Shown here one piece after another: positions 1 through 9,086 of a DNA stretch of 64,000 nucleotides. Origin of the DNA: a virus. Location of the stretch: IMG/VR virus record IMGVR_UViG_3300037070_001066, positions 32,001-96,000 of that record, one strand, 5' to 3'. The translations under genes were made by a program, and so were the position numbers. The notes beneath the pieces were generated by a model. The model was not told where the DNA came from. It was given only the letters and a program-made list of their open reading frames with translations, and did no database searches. Position 1 is the first letter of the stretch, and each line of letters opens with the position of its first letter.

Positions 1-209
1 GTAGGGCTATATATGGTTATAGAGTTGCAACTGGAGCTGATTCAAAAACATTTGGAAAAGTTTCCTTAATTATCACGCATGGAATGTTTAATAATGGATT
101 CGCTGAATTAGCTAGATATTTTAATTCTATGTATACAACGAATAGTTATAAAAACATAAATAAAGCTTTCTTGACTGCGCATAAAATTAAACAGTTAGAT
201 GTATTTTAA
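1..209 (+). CDS. 3' end of ribose-phosphate pyrophosphokinase-like (PRPP synthetase/Adps-like) protein, truncated by window
   Basis: Frame from nt 3 reads ...GKVSLIITHGMFNNGFAELARYFNSMYTTNSY...LDVF*, matching the Prs C-terminal 'V.L.VTHG.F..G...L.....IYTTNS' pattern. Confidence 0.7.
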   Translation, partial: RAIYGYRVATGADSKTFGKVSLIITHGMFNNGFAELARYFNSMYTTNSYKNINKAFLTAHKIKQLDVF

Positions 210-616
210 TGAATGGAAACACTAGAAAAGTTGCTCGTACGGGGTCCATAATGGTCAGGATCAATAATAAGTTTTATGAAGTTCCAGATAATGTTTTATT
301 ATTTAAATCTCATGATGGAAAAGATATCTATCTTTCTGGTGTAAAAAATGATTCTAAAAATGATTTTAGAAAAGACTGGGTTGGAATTGTTAAATTTATT
401 GAAGATGATAAATTTGAAAACGTTCCTTTGGCGTTATTAGAAAAGTTTATGGATGAACCATATAAGAAATTTGTTATAGATGATGAGGAATATGATATCC
501 CTTTGCATCTATCAGATGATTGTAGACAAAAGATTTCCAAAATATCTAAGTATGTACCAAGAATTTTAAGAGAATTAAAAGAATCTTACAAAGATTTTCT
601 ATTTAAAAGTAATTAA
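209..616 (+). CDS. hypothetical protein
   Basis: 135-aa ORF, TAATG-coupled to the upstream gene. Confidence 0.7.
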   Translation: MNGNTRKVARTGSIMVRINNKFYEVPDNVLLFKSHDGKDIYLSGVKNDSKNDFRKDWVGIVKFIEDDKFENVPLALLEKFMDEPYKKFVIDDEEYDIPLHLSDDCRQKISKISKYVPRILRELKESYKDFLFKSN

Positions 617-627
617 AATAAACGTAT

Positions 628-843
628 ATGTCTAAAAAGTTGTATTCACAAATGGCCATGGCTATAGATTTAGTTTCGTTTGAATATAGAACAGGTAATC
701 CAATTATACTTGCTGAAAAGATACATCAAGATTTAGGTATAGATTACTCTATTCACCAAATTTCTGATTACCTAGACATCAATAGAATTGATGATTACGA
801 AAAACAGTCAAAACAAATAGAGTATGAATTCAAAAACATTTAA
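628..843 (+). CDS. hypothetical protein
   Basis: 71-aa ORF in tightly packed + strand operon. Confidence 0.65.
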   Translation: MSKKLYSQMAMAIDLVSFEYRTGNPIILAEKIHQDLGIDYSIHQISDYLDINRIDDYEKQSKQIEYEFKNI

Positions 844-845
844 AA

Positions 846-1586
846 ATGGCAAACTTTATAATAAAGATTCTTGAAAAAAACAGAGAACATGTTGAATCAC
901 TTAAAGACTCAGTAGTATCACGCAATGGCTTTTTCTTAAACGAATGGGCTTATGATAATTTGGGTATTATAGTAGCGCTATACACTGTCTTCGTTTTAAT
1001 ATTTATTGCGTTATTTGCAATATTTATGTTACCTATATCAATAGTTATGATATCTATAAATGCTTGTTACAAAGGATTTAAGGCAATAAGAGGATCATAT
1101 TACTTTTATAGGAAACACATACGAGAATCAATAAAGGAATATGAAGCTTCTCTTAACAAGAAGAATACATATTTTCTATGCGATAAAGGGGATCTAAATG
1201 ATTGGACATGTATTGTCCTAGAATCACAATTAGAAGAATTCCTTATCAAGTTCTTTAACCACTATAATTCTACATATGACACTTATGAAATGAACACTAA
1301 TGAGTGTGTGTGTACTAGATATAGAAGGAGAAGCATAGGAGATCTTTATTTAATTTGCAAGAGTTATTTTCCAGACACTAATCTCGATGAAGTTATCATA
1401 TGCTTAATTAAGCTAGTTAATGACAACGTGATAGCTGTTTCTAAATGTAGCGATATAAAGAGATACGTCTTTGTTAAGAAAGATACTTATACAGGAAATT
1501 ATCAAAACAAGGAAGTAGAATTTATAAGCGGCGTTAACTTTGAACAATTAACTGCGTATTATGAACGAAACGGAAGAATGTCCTAA
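846..1586 (+). CDS. membrane-anchored hypothetical protein with C-terminal 'C-x-RS...FP..L.E' paralog domain
   Basis: Hydrophobic segment aa ~39-73; C-terminal half resembles ORFs 3390-3815 and 5573-6043. Confidence 0.7.
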   Translation: MANFIIKILEKNREHVESLKDSVVSRNGFFLNEWAYDNLGIIVALYTVFVLIFIALFAIFMLPISIVMISINACYKGFKAIRGSYYFYRKHIRESIKEYEASLNKKNTYFLCDKGDLNDWTCIVLESQLEEFLIKFFNHYNSTYDTYEMNTNECVCTRYRRRSIGDLYLICKSYFPDTNLDEVIICLIKLVNDNVIAVSKCSDIKRYVFVKKDTYTGNYQNKEVEFISGVNFEQLTAYYERNGRMS

Positions 1587-1746
1587 ATGCTTTGGTTCTA
1601 CGGAAACTATGGAAGCCAAAGAAACTAAGGGGTTTGAATACAATAAATGCAGTCTGTGTAAAGGAGAAGGTGTTGTTTTAGCTGAAATAGCTGAAGACTT
1701 CATATTTTCAATCACAGAAGATAATTTTAATGATGAAACAATTTGA
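1561..1746 (+). CDS. small zinc-finger protein (DnaJ-type CxxCxG repeats)
   Basis: CPKCFGS ... CSLCKGEG. Confidence 0.65.
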   Translation: MNETEECPKCFGSTETMEAKETKGFEYNKCSLCKGEGVVLAEIAEDFIFSITEDNFNDETI

Positions 1747-1749
1747 CAC

Positions 1750-2148
1750 ATGGAAAGAAACAATTTAATAGCAGTTTACGGTACATTACGAAAGGGATGC
1801 GGAAATCACAGTCATTTTTTAAGAAATGCTGATTTTAAAGGAGAGTTTTCTACTGAACCAGTTTACAGTTTATATAGCTTAGGAGGTTTTCCTGGGTTAA
1901 AGGCTAATGGCAATACGTCTGTTAAGATGGAAGTATATGCAGTTAATGATGATGAAGCAGATACTGTAGATTCATTGGAGGGATATTCTAAAAATAGAAC
2001 TCCTCACTTTTATGATAAAGAGGAAATCGAGACTCCTTGGGGAACAGCTAGTGTATACACTTATGTTAGAGATGTGAATGAAGATTCATTTATTCCAACT
2101 GGTGACTGGCTTAACAGGGTAGTTATGGAGCCTGTTTATCGTTTTTAA
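1750..2148 (+). CDS. gamma-glutamylcyclotransferase (GGCT/AIG2-like) family protein
   Basis: AVYGTLRKG, FPGL, EVY.V, DSLEGY, C-terminal I.TGDW motifs. Confidence 0.9.
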   Translation: MERNNLIAVYGTLRKGCGNHSHFLRNADFKGEFSTEPVYSLYSLGGFPGLKANGNTSVKMEVYAVNDDEADTVDSLEGYSKNRTPHFYDKEEIETPWGTASVYTYVRDVNEDSFIPTGDWLNRVVMEPVYRF

Positions 2149-2159
2149 TATTATTCACA

Positions 2160-2738
2160 ATGAACATAAACTCTTTTGTTTTAGACTTTAGTCTATTAGA
2201 GGAGCAAAATCTTTCTGTAGAAGAGTTCATTGCATTGATAAGTTTGGTTAATGGAGTTGAATATCCTAATCAATACCTATCATTGCAATCAAAACAATTT
2301 GTCAAGATAACAGAAGACAATGAAATAATATTAAGGGAAAAAGGAAAATTGTTTGTTGAATTAGTTTCAATAGATAAGGTTAGCTCTAGTGGCAAAAAAA
2401 AGATATCTAAGCCTGTTGTAGTGGATGGTTTTGATGAGTTTATATTTGAATATAGATTGCAATGGAAAGGAAGGAAAGCTGGAAGTATGGGATCATTGTC
2501 TAGTTGTAAAGAGAAAATGATTCGTTGGATGGAAGAAAATCCTACATACACTAAAGAAGAGATCCTTAAAGCCGCAAAACTATATCTAAACACATTAGAA
2601 AATATACGTTATCTTCAAAGAGCTGACTTTTTCATCTTCAAGAAGGATGAGAATAAGGAAGAAAGCTCAAGATTAAGTGCATTCATTGAGGAAATAGATG
2701 AAAGACCCGTAGAAGATTGGACTAACATATTATTGTAG
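2160..2738 (+). CDS. hypothetical protein, possible replication initiator/helicase loader
   Basis: 192 aa; 'EILKAAKLYL...YLQRADFFIFK...SRL' resembles phage replication-protein C-termini; lies upstream of DnaB. Confidence 0.45.
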   Translation: MNINSFVLDFSLLEEQNLSVEEFIALISLVNGVEYPNQYLSLQSKQFVKITEDNEIILREKGKLFVELVSIDKVSSSGKKKISKPVVVDGFDEFIFEYRLQWKGRKAGSMGSLSSCKEKMIRWMEENPTYTKEEILKAAKLYLNTLENIRYLQRADFFIFKKDENKEESSRLSAFIEEIDERPVEDWTNILL

Positions 2739-2743
2739 TTTTA

Positions 2744-2775
2744 TTAGGAAAAATCAATTATTTTTCGTATATTTG
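2744..2775 (+). promoter_or_regulatory. Bacteroidota sigmaA-type promoter for the GIY-YIG gene
   Basis: TTAG(2744-47)-N20-TATATTTG(2768-75) versus consensus TTTG-N19-21-TAnnTTTG. Confidence 0.6.
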
Positions 2776-2791
2776 TATAAAATTTATACAA

Positions 2792-3382
2792 ATGATAGGA
2801 ATATATAAAATTACATCTCCATCAAATAAAATATACATTGGTCAAAGTACGGATATTGAAAAAAGATTTAGTCAATATTTAAAGTTAAATTGTAAATTTC
2901 AAAAAAGATTGTTCAATTCATTTACCAAATATGGTGTTGAAAACCATAAATTTGAAATATTGACATTGTGTTATGAAGAACAATTAAGTATATTTGAACG
3001 AGATTTTCAAGAAGCTTATGATGTTATTGGTAAAAATGGATTAAATTGTATATTAACAAATACAAGTTCATTAAAAAAGATTTTATCTGAAGAAACTAGG
3101 ATAAAAATGTCTAATTCTAGAATTGGTTTTAAATTTTCTGATGAATCTAAACTTAAAATGAGTATAGCTAAAAAAGGAAGAAAAAGAACTGAAAAAGAGT
3201 TGAAATCTTACGAGTTATATCATAGTTCTAAATCTAAACCAATAATTTGTACTAAAACAAATAAAGAATGGTATTCTTTAAGAAAATGTGCTAAAGAGCA
3301 TGGAATTTCAAAAAGCATATTAAGTAATTATTTGAATGGTAAAAATCCTAATAAAACAACATTGATTTATAAAAATTCTTAA
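2792..3382 (+). mobile_element. free-standing GIY-YIG homing endonuclease with NUMOD DNA-binding repeats
   Basis: GIYKITSPSNKIYIGQS, R..Y, E, GLN; SEETRIKMS/SDESKLKMS NUMOD3 repeats; C-terminal HTH-like segment. Confidence 0.9.
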
Positions 3383-3389
3383 AAGAACA

Positions 3390-3815
3390 ATGGAAAAAAC
3401 AAACCTAATCTACGTTAGACTTGGTGATATTCCTGCCACAAAAACACGTAAGGGATTCATTAAGAAACTTTTAACTTCAAAAGGTGTATTGACTTATTTA
3501 GATGAGGATTGTTCAAAATTGCAATGTGCTAAAAAGGGAGCTTTTAGGAGTGTTAGCGAGTTGCATTTAATTGTACGTTCTCGTTTTAAGTTTACATCAT
3601 TGGAAGCTTTATTGAAGATTTTGAAAGAAATCATTGATGAAGAAAAATGTGTTGCATTAATTTGGTGTACACAAATTCACAAAGTAGTTGTTAAGTATCA
3701 AGAAAACACACCCAAAGAGTATATTACTCAATATAGTAAAAGTAATCACTATGAATCAAAAGGGGTAGATGGTTGGTCACTTAAAGATTACGAAGAAATT
3801 ATTAACAAATTGTAG
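3390..3815 (+). CDS. hypothetical protein (paralog family)
   Basis: LQC...FRSVSELHL...F...LE...L...WC..I.K motif shared with two other ORFs. Confidence 0.7.
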   Translation: MEKTNLIYVRLGDIPATKTRKGFIKKLLTSKGVLTYLDEDCSKLQCAKKGAFRSVSELHLIVRSRFKFTSLEALLKILKEIIDEEKCVALIWCTQIHKVVVKYQENTPKEYITQYSKSNHYESKGVDGWSLKDYEEIINKL

Positions 3816-3891
3816 GATATTCATAAAAACAATATCAAACAATAAGAACCGACTAAATAGAGTATCTTATGATTAAATCTAGCAAATTTAA

Positions 3892-4998
3892 TTGGAGAAA
3901 CAAAGTTTATTTGAAAGAACATTTAATAGAATTTCAGAACGTAGACAGCGTGTTTTAGATGGTAAGATAAATTGTATCCCATGGAATTTGCCTAGATTTG
4001 AAGAATCTTGTCCAGGTATTGAACAAGGTAAATACTATTTAGTATCTGCAAATCAAAAAGTAGGTAAAACACAGATAACTGACTGGTTGTTTGTGTATAA
4101 CCCTATTCAACAGATACTAGATGGAAATTTAAACATCAAACTTAAAATCTTCTATTTCTCTTTAGAGATGTCTAAAGAAGAGAAAATGCTGTCTTGTTTT
4201 GCAAATATATTGTATGTTAAAGAAGGCATTAGAGTGAGTCCTATCGACTTAAAATCTACGAGGGCAAGTAATGTCCTTTCTGCGGAGATCTTGTCTGTAA
4301 TCGAACGTTACAGGCCTTATTTCGAACGTATAGAGGAGACCGTCGAGTTCATTGATGATATACGCCATGGTTTTGGTATGTATAACCTAGTTAGAGAGTA
4401 TGCTTTAGCTAATGGAACTATACATACAAGAAAGATAGAGATAGACGGAAAAGTTACAGAAGTAGAGGATTATTATGAATCTAATGATCCTGACGAATAT
4501 GTAATGATCTTAATTGACCACATCAGTCTAATATCACCAGAAAAAAGAAATGGTTTACAACTAACTTTACATGAAAGTATATCTTCATTATCAGCAGACT
4601 ATTTAATTAAGCTTAGAAATAGGTTTAACTATATACCTGTAGTAATTCAACAACAAAGTGCTTCCCAAGAGGGTATTGAGAACAAAAAGGCTAACAAGCT
4701 TAAGCCAACAATGGACGGGTTAGGAGACAATAAGCTAACTGGTAGAGATCCAAATGTAATGTTAGGGTTGTTTAGTCCATTTAGACATGAAATCCCTGAT
4801 TATTTTGGATATGATATTACCCAATTCAAGGATAATATTAGGTTCTTAGAAATTATGGGCTCTCGTGACGGTGGTGCTGGTGCAATTTGTCCATTATATT
4901 TTGATGGAGCTACCAATTATTTTAGAGAATTGCCAAGACCTGAAGATAAAGAACAGTTAATGAGAGTGTATGATTTTTTAAAAACAATGAAAAAATGA
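3892..4998 (+). CDS. dnaB: DnaB-like replicative helicase (crAss type)
   Basis: Walker A ANQKVGKT, YFSLEM, ILIDH, VIQQQ, LFSP motifs. Confidence 0.9.
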   Translation: MEKQSLFERTFNRISERRQRVLDGKINCIPWNLPRFEESCPGIEQGKYYLVSANQKVGKTQITDWLFVYNPIQQILDGNLNIKLKIFYFSLEMSKEEKMLSCFANILYVKEGIRVSPIDLKSTRASNVLSAEILSVIERYRPYFERIEETVEFIDDIRHGFGMYNLVREYALANGTIHTRKIEIDGKVTEVEDYYESNDPDEYVMILIDHISLISPEKRNGLQLTLHESISSLSADYLIKLRNRFNYIPVVIQQQSASQEGIENKKANKLKPTMDGLGDNKLTGRDPNVMLGLFSPFRHEIPDYFGYDITQFKDNIRFLEIMGSRDGGAGAICPLYFDGATNYFRELPRPEDKEQLMRVYDFLKTMKK

Positions 4999-5558
4999 GA
5001 AAAACTTATGAATGGGGAAAAGCTAATTACCAAATTTTATTAAAAGAGAAGATTGTTCTTGATTGTAAGAGAGGTGTAGCTTGTTTTTCTGACTTTATGT
5101 CAAGAGGTAGCATAGAATCTTATGATACCATAAAAATCTATAACATTGATTCTGAGCCTACAGTAGATTATAAAAACTTTTTTCTACAATACGTAATTGA
5201 CATGTATGGATTAACAGGTTCTTTTGATGATGATCACTTTGAGTTTAAATCACTCGGTCACAAAATTAAAGATGTTTTAGTTATGTCTACAGTTAGGTTA
5301 TTGTGGGAGAACTTAGGTAGTATGACGCCTCATGTTGATACTGCTAATTTACTATTTAAAAGGTTAAGAGACGATGAGTGTCCTCATGAAGATAAACTTG
5401 AAAGATTTTGTTATTTTTACAAAGCATTAGATAATCATAAAGGTTATTTCTCTGATGGACATTCTTGGCCTCCTAAAAATACATTAATAAAATCCTGCAA
5501 GGACTTTAAGACACGTGTTGATTGGCCGTCTGTTAATGGATTTTTTACAAGAATTTAA
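4995..5558 (+). CDS. hypothetical protein
   Basis: 187-aa ORF with ATGA overlap to the helicase gene. Confidence 0.7.
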   Translation: MRKTYEWGKANYQILLKEKIVLDCKRGVACFSDFMSRGSIESYDTIKIYNIDSEPTVDYKNFFLQYVIDMYGLTGSFDDDHFEFKSLGHKIKDVLVMSTVRLLWENLGSMTPHVDTANLLFKRLRDDECPHEDKLERFCYFYKALDNHKGYFSDGHSWPPKNTLIKSCKDFKTRVDWPSVNGFFTRI

Positions 5559-5572
5559 CAAAACTAAAGGTA

Positions 5573-6043
5573 ATGAAAAAGAGCGATGTAAAGGATTTTG
5601 ACACATTAGAAGAATATTACGATAAAGTTAGGAAGATTAAGTTTGATGATAACGTTCAGATTGAATCTTTGGACGATATATACAATAACTTGTTTACACT
5701 ACACAGAGTTGGGTTTTCTCAACGACCAACATTCTTCTCCAGAGGCAAGCTACAATGTTCTTCTGGAAGATTTCGTAGTATAGATGACTTCGTAAAACTT
5801 GTTAAAAAGTACTTCCCTGACAAAACACTAAAAGAAATATTTCAATACTTGAAAGATAAAGAAGATACATTTAAAAAAGATGATCTTATTCAAAGTTTCA
5901 GATATTGTGGAACTATTAGGAAATATAATTTCAGCGGCTTAATACCTTCAAGATATTCTCAGCATATGGAAATTGAGAAGTATAGACTAAGAGATTTAAA
6001 TCCTAATTTAGGAGTTGCCACAGTAGCTGATCTTTTAACTTAA
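5573..6043 (+). CDS. hypothetical protein (paralog family)
   Basis: LQCSSGRFRSIDDF...KYFPDKTLKEI...YCGTIRK. Confidence 0.7.
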   Translation: MKKSDVKDFDTLEEYYDKVRKIKFDDNVQIESLDDIYNNLFTLHRVGFSQRPTFFSRGKLQCSSGRFRSIDDFVKLVKKYFPDKTLKEIFQYLKDKEDTFKKDDLIQSFRYCGTIRKYNFSGLIPSRYSQHMEIEKYRLRDLNPNLGVATVADLLT

Positions 6044-6064
6044 TAGTGGTCGGTATGGGTCGGA

Positions 6065-6838
6065 ATGATGATGATGATTGAATTACCAATTAAAAAGCAA
6101 GATCCTGTTCAGATTAATCCTAAAAAATTAATATTGTTCAGTCAGCCTAAAACAGGCAAAACAGAAGCACTAAGCAGACTTGAGGGTAATCTTATATTAG
6201 ACCTTGAAGATGGAGCTGGATATGTATCTGGGTTAGTTATAAACGTATTGGACGTTGCTAGAAAGAATAAAGTTAAGCCTATTGGCGCTTTAAAATCTAT
6301 TATTGAGGAAATCAGTGAAGCAAACGAATTAGTAGAAGGTTACGCTTATAAATATATAACTATAGATACAATATCTGCTCTTGAGGATTATTATGCGCCA
6401 GATTTGGCATTGGGGATGTATAAGGCTACTCCTATAGGGCGTAATTATCAAGGAGACAATATATTAGATTTGCCACAAGGAGCTGGATGGGCTATCTTAA
6501 GGAATGCAATTCTGATTATTATAGCAGAACTAGAAGCTTTATGCGAAACATTAATTATATCAGGTCATACTAAAGACAAACTCGTAGAGTTCAATGGAAA
6601 AGAAATGAATCAACGTGGACTAGATTTGTCAGGTAAAACACCAGGTATACTTTGTTCGAAATCAGATGCAATTGCATATTTGTACCGTAAGGACAATCAA
6701 ACTATAGCAAACTTTCAGTCTGCAGAAACATTGATTGTAGGCGCAAGAAGTAAGCATTTGAAAAATAGAGAGATAGTTATCTTAGAATCAGATGAAGAAG
6801 GAAACTTCACGTCCCATTGGGATAAGATTTTCCTATAA
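6065..6838 (+). CDS. AAA_24/Sak4-like ATPase (ssDNA annealing/recombination)
   Basis: SQPKTGKT Walker A, LDLEDG, ITIDT, LPQGAGW, IISGH, DAIAYLYR. Confidence 0.85.
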   Translation: MMMMIELPIKKQDPVQINPKKLILFSQPKTGKTEALSRLEGNLILDLEDGAGYVSGLVINVLDVARKNKVKPIGALKSIIEEISEANELVEGYAYKYITIDTISALEDYYAPDLALGMYKATPIGRNYQGDNILDLPQGAGWAILRNAILIIIAELEALCETLIISGHTKDKLVEFNGKEMNQRGLDLSGKTPGILCSKSDAIAYLYRKDNQTIANFQSAETLIVGARSKHLKNREIVILESDEEGNFTSHWDKIFL

Positions 6839-6841
6839 TAT

Positions 6842-6958
6842 GTGCCCCTGATCAGGGATCGTAAGCATGGTAAAGCCTCTTGCGTAAGCAATGTAACCAT
6901 CTAAGATCGTAAGCTTAGCGCATTGGAGCCATGCGGCTTAGTAGGTTCCTCTAAACCT
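6842..6958 (+). ncRNA. candidate structured RNA / 5' leader with several hairpins and GUAA tetraloops
   Basis: GC-richer intergenic stretch; CGTAAG three times; stems ttgc-GTAA-gcaa, ctaag..GTAA..cttag, atggt/accat, cgcat/atgcg, aggtt/aacct, ccctgatcaggg. Confidence 0.5.
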
Positions 6959-6969
6959 TAAAACGAGAG

Positions 6970-7575
6970 ATGATGATTGATTTAAATGGAAGTGAGTTTA
7001 ATAGACCAACAGTGTCTATTTTCAATAATGGTGTAGCGGGAAGAGTTAATAACGTTACTATGAGTGTTGAACGTGTTCATAAGCTAGATATGGCGGATAA
7101 GAATCCAGATTATCAGGTTATATTCACAGACGAGATTGGTAGTATCAATTTAGGGATTTATTACCCAGGTGAGGAATCTACAGATTCTAAAAATAAGATC
7201 TTAGCACAGAAATGTACAGATTTAGTTAAAGCTGTGGCAGGAGATAATTATATATTTCCATCATATAACTCTTACAAAGAAATGGTCGATTCTTGTATGA
7301 AAATTATTTCTGAGAACAGTAAAGGCAAATTGGTAAACGTAATGGCTACGTATGGTACTGTTGGATTCCCTAAGAAATTCTTAGGTATTTACAAAAACTT
7401 TAATTTTGTTGAGGCAGCTGGTTCTACTCCGACTAAATTAAAAGTATCTAAGAATCCAAACAAAGCTGAATACGATGATTTGTTTGAAAGAATTGTTGAA
7501 GACGCTCCTCTTGGAAGCGTAGATATTAGTCGTATAGTTGAACAAACTCCGACTAAGTCACCTTGGGCATTGTAA
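6970..7575 (+). CDS. putative single-stranded DNA-binding protein (crAss-like)
   Basis: Position between AAA ATPase and primase; low-complexity C-tail ending in PW; own terminator. Confidence 0.5.
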   Translation: MMIDLNGSEFNRPTVSIFNNGVAGRVNNVTMSVERVHKLDMADKNPDYQVIFTDEIGSINLGIYYPGEESTDSKNKILAQKCTDLVKAVAGDNYIFPSYNSYKEMVDSCMKIISENSKGKLVNVMATYGTVGFPKKFLGIYKNFNFVEAAGSTPTKLKVSKNPNKAEYDDLFERIVEDAPLGSVDISRIVEQTPTKSPWAL

Positions 7576-7583
7576 TATTTAAT

Positions 7584-7612
7584 AGAGGGGGGCAGAAATG
7601 CCCCTTTTCTTT
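7584..7612 (+). terminator. intrinsic terminator
   Basis: ggggca-GAAA-tgcccc followed by ttttcttt. Confidence 0.8.
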
Positions 7613-7626
7613 AATAAACAAAAAAG

Positions 7627-8658
7627 ATGACAGAAATAAATTTAAATAAAGTTTTTGTTACAAAATCTAATCTTTTGAATCATATATCAGACTATGAAAT
7701 ATACAAAATGTATATAGGTAACACTGCTATAAATACAAAAGGGAGGATAAGATCTCCGTTAAGAGAAGATGAATCTCCTTCATTTGGATTCTTTATTGGA
7801 GAGACTGGTGAATTATGTTTTAAAGACTTTGTTCTTGGTTCAGGTGATTGTGTAAGGTTTGTTATGTTTAAATTTGGACTTACTTATTTTGAAGCATTAA
7901 GCCAGATTGCAATAGACGCTAACTTAGATGATAAATTTATTATAAAAGCTTCGTTTAAAACAAGCGTAATAAGTGACAGTAAAGGAAAAAGAGAAGACTT
8001 CGTTAAAACAGTAAATTCGAACTATCTTGGTAAAACAAGTAGGAATTGGGAAATAAGAGACTACGTCTTTTGGAATCAATTTGGTATAACTAAGCCAATA
8101 TTAGAGAGGTATAATGTTCAACCTGTAGCATATCTACATGTTGGAATAGATAAGAAGATAGTTAAACCTGATTTTCATACGTATTGTTACAATGAAATGA
8201 AAGATGGAATTAATTCTTTTAAAATATATCAACCTAATAAAGAGGAATACAAATGGTTAAACAACCATAATGATTCTGTATGGCAAGGATGGACTCAATT
8301 ACCAGAAAAAGGAGATACTCTTATAATTACTAAATCATTAAAAGATGTTATGGCTATTGCTGGAGTAACAGGAATACCTGCTGTAAGCTTACAAGCTGAA
8401 GGTAGTAAACCTAAACAAAGCGTGATAGACGAACTTCAAGAAAGATTTGAAACTATATTCGTATTATATGACAACGATTATGATAAAACTGTCAATTGGG
8501 GTAGAGAGTTTGGACGAAAACTTTCTAGCGCACATGGATTTTGTCAAGTTGAAATAGAAGAGGCTTATAGATCAAAGGATTTCAGTGACTTAGTAATGAA
8601 TCATGGCGAAAAGCTTTCAAGAAAATACTTAGAAGAACTAATAGAAAGACCTTTTTAA
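7627..8658 (+). CDS. DNA primase (crAss-type DnaG/TOPRIM)
   Basis: SPLRED.SPSF, FKDF..G.GD; TOPRIM ITKSLKDVM, YDND, KDFSD. Confidence 0.9.
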   Translation: MTEINLNKVFVTKSNLLNHISDYEIYKMYIGNTAINTKGRIRSPLREDESPSFGFFIGETGELCFKDFVLGSGDCVRFVMFKFGLTYFEALSQIAIDANLDDKFIIKASFKTSVISDSKGKREDFVKTVNSNYLGKTSRNWEIRDYVFWNQFGITKPILERYNVQPVAYLHVGIDKKIVKPDFHTYCYNEMKDGINSFKIYQPNKEEYKWLNNHNDSVWQGWTQLPEKGDTLIITKSLKDVMAIAGVTGIPAVSLQAEGSKPKQSVIDELQERFETIFVLYDNDYDKTVNWGREFGRKLSSAHGFCQVEIEEAYRSKDFSDLVMNHGEKLSRKYLEELIERPF

Positions 8659-8660
8659 AA

Positions 8661-9083
8661 ATGGAAGAAAAAATCATAGTTGGAGTATATGATGGCCTTA
8701 GAAAAAATGGAGAATCTCATGATTTATTTATGTCAAAAGCTAACTACTTAGGCACATTTTATACTGAGCCAGAATTCTCACTATTTTCATTCTCTAAAAA
8801 ATATCCAGCACTAAGTTTAGGAGGTTCCACTTCTGTTTTGTTAGAAGTCTATGAGGTTACTGAAGAAATTTTAAAGACAATAGATTACTATGAAGGGTGT
8901 AATGACATAGATCCTTATATGAATATCTATAATAAAGCAGAGATTGAAACTCCGTTTGGTGAATGTATTATCTATATCTACAACAGGATGGTAGTAAACA
9001 AGCCGCTTATTGAATCAGGTGATTGGTTTAGATTTAAAAAAGAAGTAAGACAACGAATAGAAGAAACAAGAAAAATAGTATAA
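8661..9083 (+). CDS. gamma-glutamylcyclotransferase-like protein (second copy)
   Basis: GVYDGLRKNG (variant of YGTLR), YPAL, EVYEV, DYYEG, IESGDW. Confidence 0.85.
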   Translation: MEEKIIVGVYDGLRKNGESHDLFMSKANYLGTFYTEPEFSLFSFSKKYPALSLGGSTSVLLEVYEVTEEILKTIDYYEGCNDIDPYMNIYNKAEIETPFGECIIYIYNRMVVNKPLIESGDWFRFKKEVRQRIEETRKIV

Positions 9084-9086
9084 ATC

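Noticed and set aside
6046-6076. ggtcgg direct repeat and ATG run before the AAA ATPase gene
   Set aside because: Too short to support a function
6846-6866. Hammerhead ribozyme (CTGA...)
   Set aside because: Sequence is CTGATCAG rather than CUGANGA, and no correctly placed GAAA/stem II; kept only as a generic structured element
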